From Chrysomallon squamiferum (Eukaryota; Animalia; Mollusca): a stretch of DNA of 64,000 bases. The notes under the pieces are model-generated. The model had not been told where the DNA came from and made no database searches. It saw nothing but the letters and a program-made list of their open reading frames with translations. The translations under genes were made by a program, and so were the position numbers. Where the stretch lies: assembly GCA_012295275.1 (NCBI GenBank), contig CM022670.1, positions 11,284,001 to 11,348,000 on the forward strand, in the 5' to 3' direction. This document shows, piece by piece, positions 57,301 through 64,000 of this stretch (position 1 is the first letter of the stretch; each line of letters begins with the position of its first letter).

Positions 57301-59931
57301 AATAAACCATTTTCTCACATAAAACCTTTTAATTTGTCTCTTCAGTACAAAATAATTCAATGAGCAAGATATTTTACAGCACAACTAAACAAACTCAGAA
57401 AAATCATTTCATTATTAATAAAAGAATTCAGGGCTTTTAACATGACTGCAGATACTGTTAGTATGTAAACAGAAATAATTTACCCATATTTAAGCAGCTT
57501 CCTAACCACAAATTTTGCATATTTGGACTTGCACATTGTGACAATATTCTCTGAAAATAAAAATAAAAATAATTATAATTACCTGCAAAAGATTAATCAT
57601 TTCAATTCAAACATTATTATGAGAACATTTTTAAGTCTTTCAAAAATTAATCAGATAGGTTTTATTTAGTTTTCTCTCAACACATTTATATTCTTTAAGA
57701 ACTATAGAGATAATAACAGTTAAAGTGATAACTACTCCTCTATGATTAGCAGTAAGAATCTTTTATCTGTACCTTCCCACAAACAGTAAAATATATAACA
57801 AACCTTCAATAAGCCAGTGTTGGAGAACAGACTGGTTATGACCTTTCTGTGACAGCAATCATAATTTTTGTTTTAATGTAACAAAGTATTTTTAATTTTA
57901 TAATCTTAGGTTTTGCTACAGCTTACCTTTAAGTTCTTCCATAACACTGTTTCTCTGTTCATTACTTCCAAACTGAATGAGACACTGTACAACACGAGCA
58001 GTATCATGAGCCAGAGCAAACTGAAAGACAAAATGTTGAGTTAAAATGAGTTTTAAAATAACTTATATTTAAAATGTAATGAAGATTCACAAGCAATGAT
58101 ACTTGAGGTAAACAAATAAATTGATAAATACATGCATACATACATACACACACATACATACATATACACACACACACACACACACAAAGAAAGAGATGAG
58201 TCTGAGTGAGGGGGGGGGGAATATTTGATTAATTACTTGTTAACTGAACAGAAATATAACACATTTTTCTTGTACCTGATACATTTTTCCTGACACCATT
58301 TTAAACAAATCATCACAAAGTTTTTGTCTTTTGTCATCTGGTAACTGGTGTCTGAAAATAAATATGTAAATCAAAAACATTTTCTCACTGTCCAATCACT
58401 CATTCAGTGTCGTATTATAACTTAAAAAAATAAATACATAAATAAAAATATATATATTTATATATATAATAATAATGGTTGATCACATATCAAAACATTT
58501 CAAATACATGGATTTAGAAAACTTTTAAATTACTGGGACAGAACTAACCTTCTCATTTCTTCCCAAATGAATTTAGCCTTTTTAATAATGTCATAGTTGT
58601 TTTTAGTCATCTTTCTTTCATGTCTTCTCTCCTTCCAAGACAGTTCTTTCATTTTAGGTTTCTTCATAGCAACTGAAAAAACAAAAAACAAAATGAAAAC
58701 ATTTAAAATAGAAATATTCACGTGAATGAAAAATATTGCAAGTATGATATATCATGATGTGTTTGTAATTTTTAACATATTTACTGAACCACATCCTGTT
58801 TCTGTTTCAAAAGACTGGATACCTTTTGAAGATATTTAACATTTATACTTGCAATATAAACCAGCAAAATTTATTTTCCATGACTTTTTTCATTTTTCAA
58901 GAAATATTTTACAGGTGGAAACATTAAAGCATGTAAAACTAATGTTTTGTTTAAATATTAACACTCAACAAGATGCAGGGGTAAATGCCTATTATTAAAT
59001 ATTTTTGAAACATTGTTAGGTTTAGCAAATGAAAAGGTACAATAATTATTCCTACCTGTGCTTTCATCAGGAAATCCAGATATGTCAATCTTTCTTTTGC
59101 TTCCAGCCTTCGATGTATTCAGTTTACCTTTGCTTCTTAAAGTTTTCAGCTTGGTTGCTGCATTCTTTATATGTACCTGAAAGACATTCTACACAATTAG
59201 CAAACTTTAAAAATAAAATATAGATTAAAATGTAATATTTTTACATGTGCTTTATCATAACTGGTTACGTATAAATATTCATCATAGCAACATTGATTTT
59301 CAAATTAGAAAGAAATACAGTTTAAATACAAGTTTAAGTTTTTTTGCTCTTTAAAAATTACCCTAATAGACTTCTTTCTCTCCAGTGGTTTTGCAGGCAA
59401 TGGAGAATTGTTTTCTTGCTGTTCAACTTTTTCACCTTCAATATCTTCCTTTATTGTTGTTCGAGACAGTTTATTGGCATGAAATGATTTTTCTGCACCA
59501 TCAGGTTCTCCTCTTGCCTTTGACACTGCCTTCTCCCATGTCTCATCTGGTGCCTTCATTTTTGGTTTTTTGATGACATTCAGTGTTGTATGCATTGTAA
59601 CATCTGAATAGGGTGCAATAGAACTGATCTGACTCAAGGTGTCAGGGGTTGTTGTATCCAGACTGCTGTTACTTTCAAGAGATGCATTAAAAGCTTTAGA
59701 CTTCCTTGCAAGATATTTTTCTTCAAAGTCATCAAAATTGTCATTGTAAGCTCGTTTATTTTTATGGACATTACTCGTGGCCGGTGTTAAACTGAATTTT
59801 TTCCTGGTCTGGAACATCAGACTATTGCCTTCTGGTTTAGAGCGCATACTCCTGTTTTTGTTAACTTTAGAATGCATAGTTTGAATTCTTTTCCTAATAT
59901 TTGGTGTGTCTGTTTCATCAAACTGGTCCAT
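51340..59931 (-). CDS. PUM3: Pumilio homolog 3 (Puf-A/Puf6/penguin family nucleolar RNA-binding protein)
   Basis: Spliced exons encode FALAHDTARVVQCLIQFG, ILHTRDGARVAMHCVWHGTAKDRKVIIKSLK, IDVVDDTKLV, YGRKVLIYLLSPRDP, HSAGHLALKRLI and SWAACNRGCF. The stop TGA is at 51342-51340. The N-terminal exons 59931-59362 and 59176-59056 join in phase. Confidence 0.92.
51581..51768. repeat. Dispersed ~100-130-bp copy of the 52770-52901 intron segment, flanked by 20-bp direct repeats
   Basis: 51639-51739 is nearly identical to 52801-52901. aactagcaaaataaaaataa occurs at 51581-51600 and 51749-51768. Confidence 0.85.
57730..57840 (-). mobile_element. Degenerate SINE core fragment (a more decayed copy lies at ~56170-56280)
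   Basis: gattagcagtaagaatcttttatctgtaccttcccacaaacag resembles the reverse SINE core and gattagcag..ttttatgtgcacctt at ~56208. Confidence 0.45.
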
Positions 59932-60793
59932 ATTCAATCAACAGAATTTTGATCCAAAAACAGGAATTTGTAACCTGCAAAAAAAATCAAGCATTATAAA
60001 ATGTTTAACTGTTGTTTTACTTTCAAATATTATGGCTGATGTAAGTTTAGTTGTTCTAACTCATGTGAGGCAAAGCAGTATGGTTTCAAAACTTCAGAAT
60101 ACCATTAAAGGTTAAATTAATGCTCATGACCATTATAAATTTATAATGATGATGATGCTGTCAGTGTGATGTAAAAAACTGGATCACTTGGATCAGACAG
60201 CATGAATATGTTTTGATATATTTTTCCATTTTCACTAGAAGCAAAACAATAACAATAAATATTCAGTATAACTTTGGCTGCAAGACTTCAATGTACAGAA
60301 GGATCTTAAAAAAGAATAAGTAAATAAAAATTAATAATAATTGTTACTAAACAGTAATTTTTCATATGGCTAATTAACAGAACCAAGAACTGGTATTCTG
60401 ATTTAAAAACAATTACACAGACCGATGAAATACTTTGTTTTTGATCACTCAAGTCTTATGTAATAACTTCTTAAGGAAATTCTACTAAAATTTCTGAACA
60501 TAAAATACGATCTTAAATTTAATGACACCTTAAAGCTTAACTTAGTTTAATAGTAATGGTTATCAAATATTATTAACAGAAATATTTCTTTTTAGCATAC
60601 TGCCGATATGAAAGAAACAGATTAAATTATTTGTTTTGACGAAATAATCGGAATTTCCCACCAATTTCTGAATTTAAACTCAACAATACTGCACTCAGAA
60701 CCGTATGTTCAAAAATAATGTACCAGACGACACTATTTACAATAGTGATTCAAATATATTTTACTTGTAAAATCCTAGTTCTGCTGTGGACAT

Positions 60794-61000
60794 TTTATTT
60801 TATCCGAGCGCAATTTATCTGTTTTGTGGAGTATTCACGTGCTATGCTTTAACAACAAAAACAAAACCACGTTTTTCTGTCGGGGCGGATGCAATTCAAT
60901 TCATGGGTGAAAATAGACGGCTATTTGTCCGAAATCGTACTACTGTTTTTAATGGTTATAAATACAAATACCAAATAGTAATGTGAATTCCTATAAAGCG
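60794..61000. promoter_or_regulatory. Bidirectional promoter shared by PUM3 and PIGG
   Basis: Head-to-head genes, a CpG-retaining patch, and a GC box ggggcgga at ~60882. Confidence 0.55.
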
Positions 61001-61202
61001 AAAACGTAACAGTTATTGATATAAATGCATAAATTTTAATAATTCCTAATTATAAAAATGACATGTATTTTCCCTTTTAAAAAAAGATAATAGTGGGCTT
61101 TCTCTATCCTGTCTTAACATTGTAAAGGAAAAAAAAAAAAGGAAACAAACGAATACATGCAATTAAATATCCCTAGTCATCCTTCTCGTCACGTACACAC
61201 AT

Positions 61203-61298
<96 letters not shown>
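61203..61298. repeat. (CT)n(CA)n compound microsatellite
   Basis: Directly visible in the sequence. Confidence 0.95.
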
Positions 61299-61301
<3 letters not shown>

Positions 61302-61411
61302 CTCCCGGACAATTAACAAACAAGCTTACATTTTTTTTTCTCATGCCTCATTCATGCCTCATTCTGATGTTTACTTGGACTTAATTTTAATATTTATATT
61401 TGACAGTAGTA

Positions 61412-63661
61412 ATGGAAATTAAAATACGTAGACCTGTTATAATATTTTATTTTTCAGTAATGGTTCTAATTTTTTATTCCATGTTTCTTAAAGGCTATTT
61501 TCCAATAAAACGAGGTCTACACGGATTTACGCAAACTTCAGAAGTACCTGCAGTTCCTGAAAAAACATCCACAAATAAGTTATCAGTACCAGCTCGTCAG
61601 TATGACAGGTTAGTACTGATGGTAATTGATGCCTTAAGAGGTGATTTTGTGTTTGACATGCAGAATGGATCTACGCCTATGCCATTTTTAAGTTCTTTGA
61701 TAGGAAGAGAAAGAGCCCTGCCTTTTCTGGCTAAAGTACATCCACCTACCGTGACATTACCCAGAATAAAGGTACATAAACGCAAGACTTTCTAAAGGAG
61801 TGTAAATTAATTGAAAAACTCTAAATATTATTTAACTTAAAATTTAAATGTATATAAAATATTAAAAAATAAATAAATAAATAAATAATGTCGGAGGTTA
61901 TTTATTAATTATTAAATAATGGAACAAATTGTAACCAAGAATTAAAACAAAAAATACTAATATTAAAAATAAAAATTAGAAATTTTAAACTTTTCTTTTT
62001 ATTTAATACAGAAAATTTCTTTAATTATTTATAACTACTATTAATTAATTTTTTTTATTATTTTTTTTATTTTTTTTTAATAAAAACTGGCTAACATACT
62101 GTTATTTCTTTTCTTTCTTATTATTTCCCCACCTTCTATTATGAGTATGAGCCATACTACATAATTGACATTTTTGTGTTTCATCATTAATAAACTTTTT
62201 TTTTTTTTGATATTTGATATTGTTTTTAAGGCTATTACAACTGGAGATATTCCTGGATTTATTGATGTGGTGCTCAACTTTGGCTCCAGTCATCTTCAGG
62301 ATGATAATCTGATCACACAATTCAAACTGGCTAACAGGACACAAATATTTTTTGGCGATGATACTTGGATAAATCTTTTCCCAGATCATTTTCTGAGATA
62401 TGATGGAACTTCATCCTTTTTTGTCACTGATTATACAGAGGTAAATCTAACTTAGTGTAAATAATAAAAAAATTTAACAACTATATCTAATGTGTTTAAA
62501 AATATATTTCATTAAATATTTTTGAAATTGTATATAAAATTTACAGGTTGTTGTTGTATATAGTTCTTGGATATTTTTGCCAAAATTCCAAACATTGTCT
62601 TGGCTAAAATGTATTTTAAATACATTTTTACAGTTAATTTTTTATTTTTATTTTTTTCTTAATTTTATTTATTAATTTATTTTCTTGTTATTTAAATCCT
62701 AGGTTGACAATAATGTGACTCGTCATCTTTCTTCAGAATTGGTCAGTCCTGATTGGGATGTCATGATTCTTCATTACCTTGGTCTTGACCACATTGGTCA
62801 TCTGAGTGGACCTAAAAGCCCTCTAATAGCACCAAAACTTGTTGAGATGGATGCTATTATTAAAACAATCTTTTCTTCAATGGAGGAATGGGTAAGTATG
62901 AAATAATAGAATTAAATTTATACTTCATTCTTCTGTTACACATAGTATAATGAAAAAATATCTCTTTTTTTTTTAAAGTTTAAAAAATGCATATTAAATC
63001 ACATTTATTAATGTAGTTCTTGTTGTTGATCTAAGATTTACTTCACTTTTAGAGCAGTAAAGAATCAGATAAAAATCTTTTGTTGATATGTGGTGACCAT
63101 GGAATGAGTAATCAAGGAGGGCATGGAGGAGCCTCTCTGGAGGAAACCATGGTTCCAGTCATCTTAGCTAGCCCTTCATTTACCCCAGGTAGGAAAGTCA
63201 CCTCTCAAGTTTTATAATTCTGTATATGTATATGTTTTTTTTTTCTAAGTCAGTCAAAATAAATAAAGATTGTTTTACTTACCTTAAACATTTAAATATA
63301 TTTTGTTTTAATTTGTTATACAAACATTGTTTATAAAGAGGGAAAAAAAAAGAAATATACTTTTGAGTTATTTAATGTACAGTACTTACTAAGATTAATA
63401 TCCTCTCTTACAGTATTTTTATTATTCATATTTCAGAAGCTACTTCAACCAAAATAAATAGCCCCAAAAATATATTTCAAATTGATCTAGCACCAACACT
63501 AGCAATGCTCATGGGTGTGCCAATTCCAAAGAACAGTTTAGGTCAGATTGTACTTAAGAGTCTGATTGGTTACACTGTTGAAGACCAACTTAGAGCTTAT
63601 CAAATCAATGCCTTTCAGATTCTCAATATACTTCAGCAAAATATCCAGAACTATGAGAGAG
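61412..63661 (+). CDS. PIGG: GPI ethanolamine phosphate transferase 2 (5' exons; gene continues beyond the window)
   Basis: Exons 61412-61771, 62231-62440, 62703-62891, 63053-63188 and 63437-63661. Motifs: VIDALRGDF, PPTVTLPRIKAITTG, FFGDDTW, SFFVTDYTEVDNNV, HYLGLDHIGH, GDHGM..GGHGG and QIDLAPT. Confidence 0.92.
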
Positions 63662-64000
63662 GTACATTTTATATTAGTGTTTATAATGGAACAAAAATAC
63701 TAAGGATAATATTTTGTTTTTAAATATAAAAAATTAAATACAAGTAATGAAGCAATTGAATTTTTGTTTATTATAAGTTTTTAAACTGGTCTAGATAAAT
63801 TTGTAATAGATAATAATAAGTATTTATTTATTTATTTATTTATTTATTTTGCAAATGCATTTTCAGTATTGCTATTTTTTTCAGATCTGTGCAATTAGAT
63901 TTGATATATATAATAATCTAATCTCATAGATCTGAAAAAATTGCAATACTGAAAATGCATTTGCAAAAAACAACAACACACACACACACACACATATATA

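Noticed and set aside
60155-60203. Hairpin atgctgtc...gacagcat in the first PUM3 intron
   Set aside because: Only 8+5 bp of pairing, no H or ACA boxes in position, and too short for a pre-miRNA.
63885-63900. Possible next PIGG exon
   Set aside because: In-frame TAG after four codons; the true exon probably lies beyond the window.

Overview
AT-rich, microsatellite-rich animal genomic DNA with spliceosomal GT-AG introns. It is probably a mollusc (inference from decayed SINE copies). I reconstructed five protein-coding genes by hand. (1) The 5' part of a CSPP1-like gene (minus, runs off the window start). (2) An uncharacterised 4-exon gene (minus, 14220-8499, ~938 aa, mostly low-complexity, with PAM2-like and Trp-rich motifs). 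(3) A full-length ABCA1/4/7-type transporter (plus, 18253-47214, ~48 coding exons). (4) PUM3/Puf-A (minus, 59931-51340). (5) The 5' part of PIGG (plus, from 61412), head-to-head with PUM3. Five 1-2 nt frame disruptions in three genes most likely reflect long-read assembly errors. Other notable items: tandem duplications that copy splice junctions in ABCA introns, a possible intronic C/D snoRNA or poison exon, a spliced in-frame uORF in PUM3, a templated intron-to-intron insertion, and a mosaic CpG landscape. No CRISPR arrays, rRNA or tRNA genes were seen. All homology calls are from recalled sequences, not database searches.
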